64,000 bases of DNA from a bacterium (GTDB lineage: Bacteria > Bacillota > Clostridia > Lachnospirales > Lachnospiraceae), in the NCBI GenBank assembly GCA_023667365.1, contig JAMPAG010000003.1, forward strand, positions 16,384-80,383, in the 5' to 3' direction. Shown here piece by piece: positions 1 through 7,894 of this stretch. The position numbers and the translations under genes are program-made. The notes beneath the pieces were generated by a model. The model saw nothing but the letters and a program-made list of their open reading frames with translations, had not been told where the DNA came from and ran no database searches. Every line of letters starts with the position of its first letter. Position 1 is the first letter of the stretch.

Positions 1-531
1 TTCCGCGATGCCGATCGACTCCCGGATCGTGTATTTATCCTTGCGCGACTGAAACTTCGCCGTAATATCCTTAACGTCCCGCTCCCCGTACACGAGCAGC
101 AGCTTTCTCGGCGGGTACAGCCTGTGATAGAGGCGGTTACTGAGAAACGTCCAAATTCCTGCGATGACAAGCTGCAGCAGCGTCATTTCAATCATGGGCG
201 GTACGGCGACGATCCAGTTTGCCATCAGCGAGATCTGAAAATACGAAATGACATTGACGGCAATCAAGGAAAAAATCTGGGAAAAGAAAACGTCCGTCCC
301 CTTGAGATACCCCACCCTTGTTCCGCCGTAGGTCGTGCTGAAAAATAAAAGCAGCACAAAGTAGATGAGCAGTACGAGCACATGCCCCCGGAAATAAAAT
401 TTCAGGCGCAGACGCACGGGCGTATAGTACACATAAAACCAGGTATACGCATACACCGCCGTCATCAGCGCAAGTCCGACCAAAGATAGTCCCGATATGA
501 TTAACCGTTTTGCCGATTCAAATTTTTTCAC
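1..531 (-). CDS. Polyprenyl-phosphate sugar-1-phosphate (priming) transferase, WbaP/EpsE-like, N-terminal part; the 3' end lies outside the window
   Basis: Not in the ORF track because there is no stop inside the window. Manual translation from GTG 531-529 (GGGAG 5 nt upstream) gives VKKFESAKRLIISGLSLVGLALMTAVYAYTWFYVYYTPVRLRLKFYFRGHVLVLLIYFVLLLFFSTTYGG...PPRKLLLVYGERDVKDITAKFQSRKDKYTIRESIGIAE. Several TM helices are followed by an LLLVYG Rossmann-type linker, the usual N-terminal layout of EPS priming transferases. Confidence 0.6.
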   Translation of the reverse strand, partial: MKKFESAKRLIISGLSLVGLALMTAVYAYTWFYVYYTPVRLRLKFYFRGHVLVLLIYFVLLLFFSTTYGGTRVGYLKGTDVFFSQIFSLIAVNVISYFQISLMANWIVAVPPMIEMTLLQLVIAGIWTFLSNRLYHRLYPPRKLLLVYGERDVKDITAKFQSRKDKYTIRESIGIAE

Positions 532-653
532 GAAGCTCCCGGACCTTTCCGTCACACCCCCGCAGTGCAGGAGCGCTGACTCACAGGTTTTGTCTTCTGC
601 AACGACCGTCGGCTGCAGATTTTGTGATCAAAAAAGAACGATTCCTTTATTCT

Positions 654-1430
654 TTATATGCGCCGCAGCGTTGCACGGACTGCCCACCCGCAAAAATAAC
701 GTGCGCTATCAAATATGGAAAGCCCTTCCTGTTTTCGATAAAGCGCCCAAATACGCTTTATTGCTTCCCATTTATTGGAAGAGAGCGACTTTGCCGGTCT
801 GCGGTAAATCGTTGTCACCACATCCATTCCGTATGCGGTGTGTCCCGCCTTCAGGATACGCCACCACGCAGCGGTATCCTCACTCTTTACCTCCGGCATT
901 TTCACGAGTTCTCTGGGGATCCGCGCAAGATCAAACAGCACCGTGGATGTAAAAATGACCGTGCGCGACAACGCCTGCCGGTAGCGCAGCTCCTCCGGCA
1001 CATGCACGATCTTCCCCGTCCCGTTCGCATCGGCATCCCCAAACTCATAGGCGGTAAACACAAAGCCCGCCTGTTTTTCCTTTAAGAACGCGAGCTCGCG
1101 CGAAAGCTTGTCCGCGGACCAGACATCATCCGCATCCAGATACGCGAGATACCTGCCTGTTGCCGCATCCACGCCGGTATTTCTCGCCCGCGCGGCGCCG
1201 CCGTTTTCTTTTTGGCTGATCAGACGGATACGCGGATCGTCATGAACACGCAGATAATCCTCGATCACCCCGGCGCTTCCGTCCCCGGAGGCATCGTCCA
1301 CCAGAATCAGCTCCCAGTCCGTATAAGTCTGCGCCTGCACCATGGCAAGCGTCTGCGCGATATAACCCGCCGCCTGATATACCGGGACCACAATGCTGAT
1401 CCGTTCTCTTTTATCCTGTAACGGTTCCAT
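654..1430 (-). CDS. Family 2 glycosyltransferase
   Basis: 258 aa. ISIVVPVYQAAGYIAQTLAMVQAQTYTDWELILVDDASGDGS and YLDADDVW (DxD) are canonical GT2 motifs. GGAGGA RBS. Confidence 0.85.
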   Translation of the reverse strand: MEPLQDKRERISIVVPVYQAAGYIAQTLAMVQAQTYTDWELILVDDASGDGSAGVIEDYLRVHDDPRIRLISQKENGGAARARNTGVDAATGRYLAYLDADDVWSADKLSRELAFLKEKQAGFVFTAYEFGDADANGTGKIVHVPEELRYRQALSRTVIFTSTVLFDLARIPRELVKMPEVKSEDTAAWWRILKAGHTAYGMDVVTTIYRRPAKSLSSNKWEAIKRIWALYRKQEGLSIFDSARYFCGWAVRATLRRI

Positions 1431-1457
1431 TCCGTGCCATCCTCCGCCGCCTTCGTC

Positions 1458-2387
1458 CTAGAGTTCCTCTTTGATCAGATAGATCGGGCGTCTCTTGACT
1501 TCCATATAAGTTTTGCTCAAATATTGCCCCACAATACCGATGCATAAAAGCTGCACGCCGCCGAGCAGCGACATGATGCAGACCATGGACGGCCAGCCCG
1601 ACGTCGGGTCGCCGAAAATGAGCGTCCGCACCACGATCACAAGGATCAGAATCAGCGCCAGGAAACAGAACAGCACGCCCAATATTGATGCAATGGCAAG
1701 CGGCGCCGTGGAAAACGCCATGATCCCCTCAAGCGAGTAGGCGAACAACTTCCAGAACGACCATTTTGTCTCCCCCTTCACGCGCTCGATATTCTCATAT
1801 TCCAGCCATTTCGTCTGAAATCCTACCCAGCCGAATATCCCCTTGGTAAACCGATTATATTCCTGCATGGACAAAATCGCGTCCACGACCTGCCTCGTCA
1901 TCAGGCGGTAATCCCTTGCGCCGTCCACGATCTCCGTCCTGCTGATCTTACGCATCAGGCGGTAAAACATTCTTGCAAAAAAAGAACGGATCGGCGGCTC
2001 GCCCTTTCTGCTGACTCTCCTCGTCGCCACCGCGTCATATCCCTGCTCAATGTAGGAATACATTTCCGGCAGAAGCGCGGGCGGATCCTGTAAATCCGCA
2101 TCCATCAAAACCGCGAAATCCCCTTTTGCCTTGGACAGTCCCGCATAGATTGCCGCCTCTTTGCCAAAATTGCGCGAAAAAGAAACCAGACGCACCCGTT
2201 CATCCTTCTCATGCAGCCTGCGCACCTCCGCTGCCGTATGATCCTTAGAACCGTCGTCCACATAAAGAACTTCCAATTCCACATCCTTTTCACGAAAAAG
2301 CGCTTCCTGCTTCATCAATTCTTCATAAAAATAGGGAACATTCTCCTCTTCGTTGTAACAAGGAACGATCACGCTTAACAGCTTCAT
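1458..2387 (-). CDS. Polyprenyl-phosphate glycosyltransferase (GtrB/CsbB/ArnC-like GT2)
   Basis: Start placed at MKLLSVIVPCYNEEENVPYFYEE (ATG 2387, GGGAGG RBS); the upstream part of the track ORF lacks an RBS. Contains VDDGSKD and MDADLQDPP motifs plus two C-terminal TM helices (LAIASILGVLFCFLALILILVIVV, MVCIMSLLGGVQLLCIGIVGQYL), the hallmark architecture of lipid-carrier-charging GT2 enzymes. Confidence 0.8.
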   Translation of the reverse strand: MKLLSVIVPCYNEEENVPYFYEELMKQEALFREKDVELEVLYVDDGSKDHTAAEVRRLHEKDERVRLVSFSRNFGKEAAIYAGLSKAKGDFAVLMDADLQDPPALLPEMYSYIEQGYDAVATRRVSRKGEPPIRSFFARMFYRLMRKISRTEIVDGARDYRLMTRQVVDAILSMQEYNRFTKGIFGWVGFQTKWLEYENIERVKGETKWSFWKLFAYSLEGIMAFSTAPLAIASILGVLFCFLALILILVIVVRTLIFGDPTSGWPSMVCIMSLLGGVQLLCIGIVGQYLSKTYMEVKRRPIYLIKEEL

Positions 2388-2505
2388 TATCCGCCTCCCA
2401 CCATAAAAACCAATTGCCCGCGCAAAGCAGTAGGCCCGCTTTGCGGCCGCCCGGTTTTCCTTTGCGCCTATTATCTTACCACATTTTTCCATTATCGTAA
2501 ACCGC

Positions 2506-3477
2506 TTAGCGCGTGTAAACAAAAAACCGTCCCGATTCATAGACGCAGGAAAGTCCCCAATCGTCTAAAAATTCTGCCTCAAGCGGCTCTTTTAAGACAA
2601 TCAGATTACATCCATACGTAAGCGCAAGTTCCGCCGTCGGGACCGTCAGGGGCGGCTCCGCCTCCATCGCCTGACAAAGAAGCACCTGCTCCCCCGTGTA
2701 GATGTCGTTCACACCGGCAAGCGCGTCCGTCTGCCACAGATCTCTGCCGTAGACAAGCATGATGCCGGCGTCATATCGTCTGACCGCATCCATCATGTGT
2801 TTGGGCGCAGCCATGAGCGGCACCTGACCGTTTTCCCGCATCTGCGCAGCCTGCGACAGCACCGTTTCCATTGCGCCCGCCTCCTCCTCATCCCACTCCG
2901 CGCTGCGCCTTTTTACAGCGTCCGACTCCCCATACGGAACTACCGTCCCCGCACACGCCAATGAAACGACAAGCAGCAGCGCGGCCGGAAGCGTCCGCCT
3001 TTTCCGGCGCTTCAGAATATCCGCCGCTGCATACGCGATCAACGGCAGAACCGGAACAGCCAGCGCCGCATAGACATAACGGTAAACACGCCCCGTTATT
3101 TTTTCAAACAGCAATGCCGTCAGCGGATTGAGCAGCAAGACCAGCCATACAGCCAAAGCAAGAAAGTTTCCCCCGCTCCCGCCGCTGCGTCCATCCCCTG
3201 TCACGGCGCCCGGCAATGCGGTTTCCTCCGCCGGAAACTCCTTCGTTTGCGGTGCGCCGTCACACTCCGCATCTGCGTTCCCTTCGCGCGCACCGTCACA
3301 CTCCGCACCGGCGTCTCCTTCGCGCGCGCCCTCACACTCCGCATCGGCGTTCCCGCCCCGCGCGGCAATTCTCGTCCCCGCCCAGTAAAGCGCCGCCGCA
3401 AACGCGAGCGCAAGATATGCGCCGCCCCGCGCTTCTATCCGAAAAAAGGTAAGCAGACCTTCCCAATACTCACGCAT
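2506..3477 (-). CDS. Membrane protein with an in-frame 12-aa tandem repeat and a ~190-aa C-terminal soluble domain; function unknown
   Basis: Start taken at MREYWEGLL (ATG 3477), overlapping the stop of the upstream gene by 8 nt (ATGCGTGA). About 4 TM segments. Repeat ADAECEGAREGD/AGAECDGAREGN/ADAECDGA. I recognise no family motif. Confidence 0.55.
   Translation of the reverse strand: MREYWEGLLTFFRIEARGGAYLALAFAAALYWAGTRIAARGGNADAECEGAREGDAGAECDGAREGNADAECDGAPQTKEFPAEETALPGAVTGDGRSGGSGGNFLALAVWLVLLLNPLTALLFEKITGRVYRYVYAALAVPVLPLIAYAAADILKRRKRRTLPAALLLVVSLACAGTVVPYGESDAVKRRSAEWDEEEAGAMETVLSQAAQMRENGQVPLMAAPKHMMDAVRRYDAGIMLVYGRDLWQTDALAGVNDIYTGEQVLLCQAMEAEPPLTVPTAELALTYGCNLIVLKEPLEAEFLDDWGLSCVYESGRFFVYTR
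3255..3362 (-). repeat. 3 x 36-bp in-frame tandem repeat inside CDS 2506-3477
   Basis: Plus-strand units are cgccgtcacactccgcatctgcgttcccttcgcgcg / caccgtcacactccgcaccggcgtctccttcgcgcg / cgccctcacactccgcatcggcgttcccgccccgcg. They encode ADAECEGAREGD-type 12-mers. Confidence 0.9.
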
Positions 3478-4333
3478 CCGCACCGCCTCCTTTCCCTCCG
3501 GACATCCGTTTTCGGATAACCGAAACCAGCAGCGCAAGCAACGCCATGCCCCCCGTTGCGAGAAAGATCGTCTGTAAGGAAAAGCCCTGATGCAGCAGCC
3601 GGAACGCATACGCCCCGCTGTCATAGCTTCCAAACAGCACTAAAAGCAGATAGAACAGCAGCATATGCCGGCGCGTCCTGCCCGTCAATCCCAATGCCCC
3701 CGCTAACACGCTGCACGCCGATACATTCAAAAGCAACCCCCATACAGGAACCAGACTGCATATGAACGGATACGCCCGCGCGCCCGCATAGATACACAGG
3801 ACCGCATAGAATTGCGGCAGCGCATTACATTTGGCGAGCGGCGTCATGCCAAACATAAACTCCGCGCCCGTTGCGGGGTGATACTGATACAGCGTGCGCG
3901 TCTCAAGCGTCGTCGCCGCCTGCTCCACAGTCATATCATTGCCAAAATACGGCATGTCTATTTCGATCGCAATCACATTCAGTACAAAGACGAGCGCGGT
4001 CAGAACCCATAAAATCATCCGCTCTCTTCCGGCTGCAGCCGCCTTCACTTCCCGCACCGGCGCAGACCACAGCCCGCTGCGGACGATCAGTACGGCGCTT
4101 ATAAACAAGACTGCGCAGGCGCACAGATACCCCCACTGCAAAACGAAAAAAGGAAGGGACAGACCGACGACTGCGATCTGCAAAATAAAAAACAAAATCA
4201 GCAACGAAAAGGAACCGGTCACAAATGCGTGCGCCGCTCCTTTCCCCTGCTGATGTAATAGTTGTTGTATCATGCGTCCGACCGCATAGCATACGACCGA
4301 AAACACAAGCAATATGACGATACCGGAAATCAC
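3470..4333 (-). CDS. Polytopic membrane protein (about 8 TM), unknown family; translationally coupled to 2506-3477
   Basis: GTG start at 4333 with GGAGAA RBS. Hydrophobic throughout (MISGIVILLVFSVVCYAVG...). Position in a glycan locus suggests a polymerase/ligase-like or GT-C-like role, but no motif was seen. Confidence 0.55.
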   Translation of the reverse strand: MISGIVILLVFSVVCYAVGRMIQQLLHQQGKGAAHAFVTGSFSLLILFFILQIAVVGLSLPFFVLQWGYLCACAVLFISAVLIVRSGLWSAPVREVKAAAAGRERMILWVLTALVFVLNVIAIEIDMPYFGNDMTVEQAATTLETRTLYQYHPATGAEFMFGMTPLAKCNALPQFYAVLCIYAGARAYPFICSLVPVWGLLLNVSACSVLAGALGLTGRTRRHMLLFYLLLVLFGSYDSGAYAFRLLHQGFSLQTIFLATGGMALLALLVSVIRKRMSGGKGGGADA

Positions 4334-4371
4334 AGACTTTTCTCCATTCGTTTCAGAATCATTCTGTTTCC

Positions 4372-4400
4372 AGTATATCCCATCTTGGAATCAAGTGCAA
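4372..4400 (-). promoter_or_regulatory. Sigma-A-type promoter for the 4333-2506 membrane-protein pair
   Basis: Minus strand TTGCAC-17 nt-TATACT, about 35 nt upstream of the GTG at 4333. Confidence 0.45.
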
Positions 4401-4402
4401 CT

Positions 4403-4804
4403 TTAACCCTGCTCCTCCCGCAGTTCTAATTGAATCGCATCTGCGATCCTTGCAATGTATTCGCTATTCGTCGGTCGGTTCTTGCCGTCGGCACAGGTAT
4501 AGCCGAACAATTCCTCGAACGTCTCCTCATTGCCGCGCTCCCACGAAACCTCGATCGCATTGCGCACCGCACGCTCCACTTTCTGATCGGTCGTCCTGAA
4601 TTTCTTGGCAAGCTCCGGATACAAAAGCTTTGTAACACTGCTGACGACCTCCATATCCTCAAGGCACATCATCACCGCTTCCCGCAGATACCGGAATCCG
4701 TTCAAATGCGCGGGTACGCCGATGTCAAGCATCATCTTTGTCACCCTGCGCTCTAAACGTATTCTTGTCTGCTCGTCCTCTACAAACATATGCATTGTCG
4801 TCAT
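4403..4804 (-). CDS. Stand-alone Spo0A C-terminal (DNA-binding/activation) domain protein with no receiver domain
   Basis: IGVPAHLNGFRYLREAVMMCLEDMEVVSSVTKLLYPELAKKFRTTDQKVERAVRNAIEVSWERGN...FGYT...RPTNSEYIARIADAIQLE aligns by eye along the whole Spo0A effector domain of Bacillus (IGVPAHIKGYLYLREAI...[32 protein letters not shown]...KPTNSEFIAMVADKLRL). Start chosen at ATG 4804 (AAAGGAG 7 nt upstream); ATG 4828 is possible. Confidence 0.85.
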   Translation of the reverse strand: MTTMHMFVEDEQTRIRLERRVTKMMLDIGVPAHLNGFRYLREAVMMCLEDMEVVSSVTKLLYPELAKKFRTTDQKVERAVRNAIEVSWERGNEETFEELFGYTCADGKNRPTNSEYIARIADAIQLELREEQG

Positions 4805-4859
4805 TTTTGTACTCCTTTCGGCAGTCATCCCGCTAAATGCTCATTTTCCTACAACTGAC

Positions 4860-4889
4860 ATTTTAGCATGTTCAACGACAATTTGTAAA
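4860..4889 (-). promoter_or_regulatory. Extended -10 promoter for the orphan Spo0A-C gene
   Basis: Minus strand TTTACA-18 nt-(TGC)TAAAAT, about 30 nt upstream of the AAAGGAG RBS. Confidence 0.5.
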
Positions 4890-4921
4890 CGGTAATCCAT
4901 CGCGTAATGGATGCTAAGGCG

Positions 4922-6301
4922 TTAAAACATCACATGCATCATCCCATCCATCTCATCACGTCCCGCCTGAAAATAGGATTCCTGCTGTTCCTCCTTTGTT
5001 TTCAGATGCGGCACATAGGTATTCCAACTCCCGCCCCCGGTTCTATTGATGGAGATACTGACGGGATTTCCATCCTCATTCAACTGTGTCCGAAAGCAAA
5101 ATGCATACTCCCGTTCCTCAGTCAGCCACTTGGCGCAACCGGAATAATACCTCATCAGGGTGGTTGCAATGCGGTCCGCCTCCTCGGACGTATAGCCCTT
5201 CTCCGTAAGCATCCCGCTCAATTCCTCTATGACCGCCGCCATCCGCGGACTCGGCTCCGATGTGTACGGGATGCTGCCCCCGTCTGCCGCAAGTTCCGGA
5301 TGTGCGACCATTCTCCACTCGTCCTCTCCCGGCACTTCCAGATCCGCCAGTATCTCTTTGATCCTCTCCATATCTGTCAGCCAGATGCGCGCAAGGATGC
5401 CTTGAAAATATTCCAAATCCTCCACCCGTTCCGCTTTCGGCACAACATGAAATACGATGTCCGTACCGATCACCTCATCCGTCCAGTAACGGTTCGTGAC
5501 CGAGTAATCAAGGATTCTGTACTCGCCCCTGCATTCTCCCGCATTCTGATCGTTCAATTCGATAAACAGGCGTTCCAACAGGTACCGGTTCAGATCGCGC
5601 AGCGTCATTGCAGAACCTTGTGCGGCATCCTCCCCGTCAGTACTCTCCCAAAAACTGTTGTCATAGGTATACGGTGCCTCAATCCCTCCGTCGCCCGGAT
5701 ACAGGTAAGAAGTAAACCCATCGTCTTCCTCATCCCACACTACAAGGAAATCCAGCTCACCAAGCGGAACACCACCATTCAATCGCCAATACGCCCGCAT
5801 AAACTGTGCAGCTAATTCCTCTGCTTCTTCCTCTCCTATCCCCGTATTCTGTTCCATGATCGCATCTGCGAGCGACACTTCGTCCCATTCAAGGTCTTCC
5901 GTATCTGTAATTCCTACCTTATCCAACATATTTTGAAAAACAGCCAATTCCTCAATTGGTGCTCTGCGTCGCCCTGCGCGATAATCAATATACAGCATCT
6001 GCCCGTTTCGACCCTCTCCGTAATCAGCTAATCCCTCCGACCAGGTCACGGAATAGCCAAGCAGATCGTAGTTACAGGCAGGAAACATCCCCTCCAGAAA
6101 ATATGCCTCTGCCTCCCGTTCTTTATCGAAAACCATTCCGGTCTCTTCATAGATGTTGATTACCTCTCCGGCGGCATTTGAATCTGTCTCTATTCCATAT
6201 CCTGCTATGTCATCCGTAACTAGTGACCGGCACTCGCCCTGCAATGTCAAAGTTCCTAACACCATAACCACAGCGATTGCCATAGCGTTCTCGATTCCCA
6301 T
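4922..6301 (-). CDS. Acidic signal-anchored/exported protein, unknown function; paralogous domain shared with 6334-7527
   Basis: Start chosen at ATG 6301 (AGGGGGA RBS); the track ORF starts at TTG 6337. N-terminal hydrophobic segment MAIAVVMVLGTLTLQG. Shares blocks YRILDYSVTNRY, KAERVEDLEYFQGILARIWLT and AFCFRTQLNEDGNP with the next gene. Confidence 0.6.
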   Translation of the reverse strand: MGIENAMAIAVVMVLGTLTLQGECRSLVTDDIAGYGIETDSNAAGEVINIYEETGMVFDKEREAEAYFLEGMFPACNYDLLGYSVTWSEGLADYGEGRNGQMLYIDYRAGRRRAPIEELAVFQNMLDKVGITDTEDLEWDEVSLADAIMEQNTGIGEEEAEELAAQFMRAYWRLNGGVPLGELDFLVVWDEEDDGFTSYLYPGDGGIEAPYTYDNSFWESTDGEDAAQGSAMTLRDLNRYLLERLFIELNDQNAGECRGEYRILDYSVTNRYWTDEVIGTDIVFHVVPKAERVEDLEYFQGILARIWLTDMERIKEILADLEVPGEDEWRMVAHPELAADGGSIPYTSEPSPRMAAVIEELSGMLTEKGYTSEEADRIATTLMRYYSGCAKWLTEEREYAFCFRTQLNEDGNPVSISINRTGGGSWNTYVPHLKTKEEQQESYFQAGRDEMDGMMHVMF

Positions 6302-6333
6302 TGGCAGTCCCCCTAATACCCTTGGTTGTTCAA

Positions 6334-7527
6334 TCAATAATTCAGATAATTGACATGATAAAATTTATATCCCTGTGATTGTAAGTATTCCCGTGTAACA
6401 GCATGATTTTTCCTATCATTGGTATGCGCACAGACATAAATATTATTTCCATCCACACCGCAAACAAACATAACATGGTTGTTATTTGCTACAATATCTC
6501 CTCCTACCACTTCATTGCTTCCACATTCAGTCCAAAAACGTGATTGTGTCATTGTACCAACTAATCCAGATACATTTACCCAAGGAGTACTTGCCGGATA
6601 CCATGTACCAGTCGTTAGAAATTTCCCAGCATACATACACTGAGACACATAATTTGCACAGTCATTTTGATGATAATACTTATATACACTTGTATTATAG
6701 TATCCTAAAACGCTTTTCCCTCCACAAGAAGTGCTACCACAAATAGAGCATGCTGTAGATGCATTTGTTTCAGATGTATACCTTAACGCATACACAATTG
6801 CCGCCTGTCTATTATCACTTGCGCTCATTAACGACATTAATGCATCTTCTGCATTCGCGCTCTCTGCATATACGCTCGCAATACGTTGATACTGTGCCTG
6901 CATTAGTGCATATCCATTCGCATACTGCTCTTCCGCGGTCATAATCGGAAACGTATCCTCCACATATTCATTTCCCACCTCGCGATAAACCGTGAAACCT
7001 TGCTCTCCGTCGGTCCCTATTACCGTCTTAAAACACAATATATGAGATAATTCTACTCCTATATATGTATTCAGCTCCTGATAGGTCTGTTCCAAAAAAT
7101 AAGCAATTCCATCTGCATGAGAGACCATTTCCGGCTGGCATGAAAGCTGTTCGCTCATTGTTTCTTGCGTGTATGTGGAGAGCTCACACGCCTCAGAAAT
7201 ACCAACTGCAGCAAGCATACCTCGATAACTTTCCGACTCCTCTACCCTCTGCTCTTTTGAAATAACTTTTAACGCTATCTCAGTAAATATCTCATTTGCA
7301 TTATCACCGTACCAACTATTAATACAATAATCTGTAATATGATACCCCTGCTCATACTGCAGTTTTACATGATCTAACAGATAGTTTTCGATATCTTCTG
7401 TCGAAGTTGCGCCCTCTGCATTAACCCTAAATGTCATCTCCCTCCATACAATATTGCTCAACATTAATCCCAAAACCACTACCCACACAACACCACGATT
7501 CATCCTGCTCTTTGTCTTATTTCTCAT
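6334..7527 (-). CDS. Exported protein with a C-terminal Amidase_6 (NlpC/P60-like putative amidase) domain
   Basis: Signal peptide MRNKTKSRMNRGVVWVVVLGLMLSNIVW...VNA-EG. C-terminal AAIVYALRYTSETN...NDCANYVSQCMYAGKF...PWVNVSGLVGTM...GDIVANNNHVMFVCGVDGNNIYVCAHTNDRKN matches the Cys/His pattern of the putative amidase domain. Strong RBS AGAGGGGG. The gene is visibly AT-richer than its neighbours. Confidence 0.7.
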   Translation of the reverse strand: MRNKTKSRMNRGVVWVVVLGLMLSNIVWREMTFRVNAEGATSTEDIENYLLDHVKLQYEQGYHITDYCINSWYGDNANEIFTEIALKVISKEQRVEESESYRGMLAAVGISEACELSTYTQETMSEQLSCQPEMVSHADGIAYFLEQTYQELNTYIGVELSHILCFKTVIGTDGEQGFTVYREVGNEYVEDTFPIMTAEEQYANGYALMQAQYQRIASVYAESANAEDALMSLMSASDNRQAAIVYALRYTSETNASTACSICGSTSCGGKSVLGYYNTSVYKYYHQNDCANYVSQCMYAGKFLTTGTWYPASTPWVNVSGLVGTMTQSRFWTECGSNEVVGGDIVANNNHVMFVCGVDGNNIYVCAHTNDRKNHAVTREYLQSQGYKFYHVNYLNY

Positions 7528-7736
7528 TTTGTATACCCCCTCTTAATAAAATTTTATTTCAATTTCATTTGTAGTTTATCATATTTTTAGTTTGAAATCA
7601 ACATAAAATATATCACCCTCTTTTTTTCATCAGTTTGCATATTCTGTGCATTAAAATTTAGTATATTTGCACACACCTCTATAATTTAGAACACCTGCGC
7701 ATTGTCTCCTGCCGACACTCCATTCATTCTCCCAAG

Positions 7737-7852
7737 GGCAGACAAAATGTTTCGTATTTCCCGCTCGCGTTGCTCGCCACAAAGTGGTTCCTATACGTCT
7801 CCCCGTGCAAGCACGCCGCATGAAAATCACTTTGCTCCTCTGCTTATCGCAC
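7737..7852 (-). repeat. ~116-nt structured intergenic repeat, copy A (homologous to 32316-32442)
   Basis: gcagacaaaatgtttcgtatttcccgctcgcgttgctcgccacaaagtggttcc...gtgcaagcacgccgca...cactttgctcctctgcttatcgc aligns at roughly three-quarters identity with copy B. It lies immediately after the manC terminator. Confidence 0.8.
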
Positions 7853-7855
7853 GGA

Positions 7856-7894
7856 AAAAGAGCAATATTCTCCCCTTAGAGGTATTGCTCTTTT
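7856..7894 (-). terminator. Intrinsic terminator of manC (hairpin overlaps the stop codon)
   Basis: Sense strand AAAGAGCAATA cctctaaggggaga TATTGCTCTTT followed by TT. Confidence 0.6.

Noticed and set aside
124-348. 74-aa plus-strand ORF at the left edge. Also plus-strand ORFs 497-952 and 510-1085.
   Set aside because: They are antisense to the truncated priming-transferase gene and the GT2 gene. The minus-strand frames give coherent TM and GT2 sequence.
3128-3519. Cluster of Pro/Ser/Ala-rich plus-strand ORFs and a nested minus-strand ORF (3201-3413) over the 36-bp repeat region.
   Set aside because: These are frame artefacts of the tandem repeat. The membrane-protein frame (2506-3477) is the only one continuous with TM segments on both sides.
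4829-4921. 0A boxes (TGTCGAA) that would make the orphan Spo0A-C gene autoregulated or a regulator of its neighbours.
   Set aside because: The promoter region holds only a near-match (TGTCGTT). The exact TGTCGAA heptamers seen in the window (for example near 7399, 31890 and 43373) lie inside coding regions and are compatible with chance.
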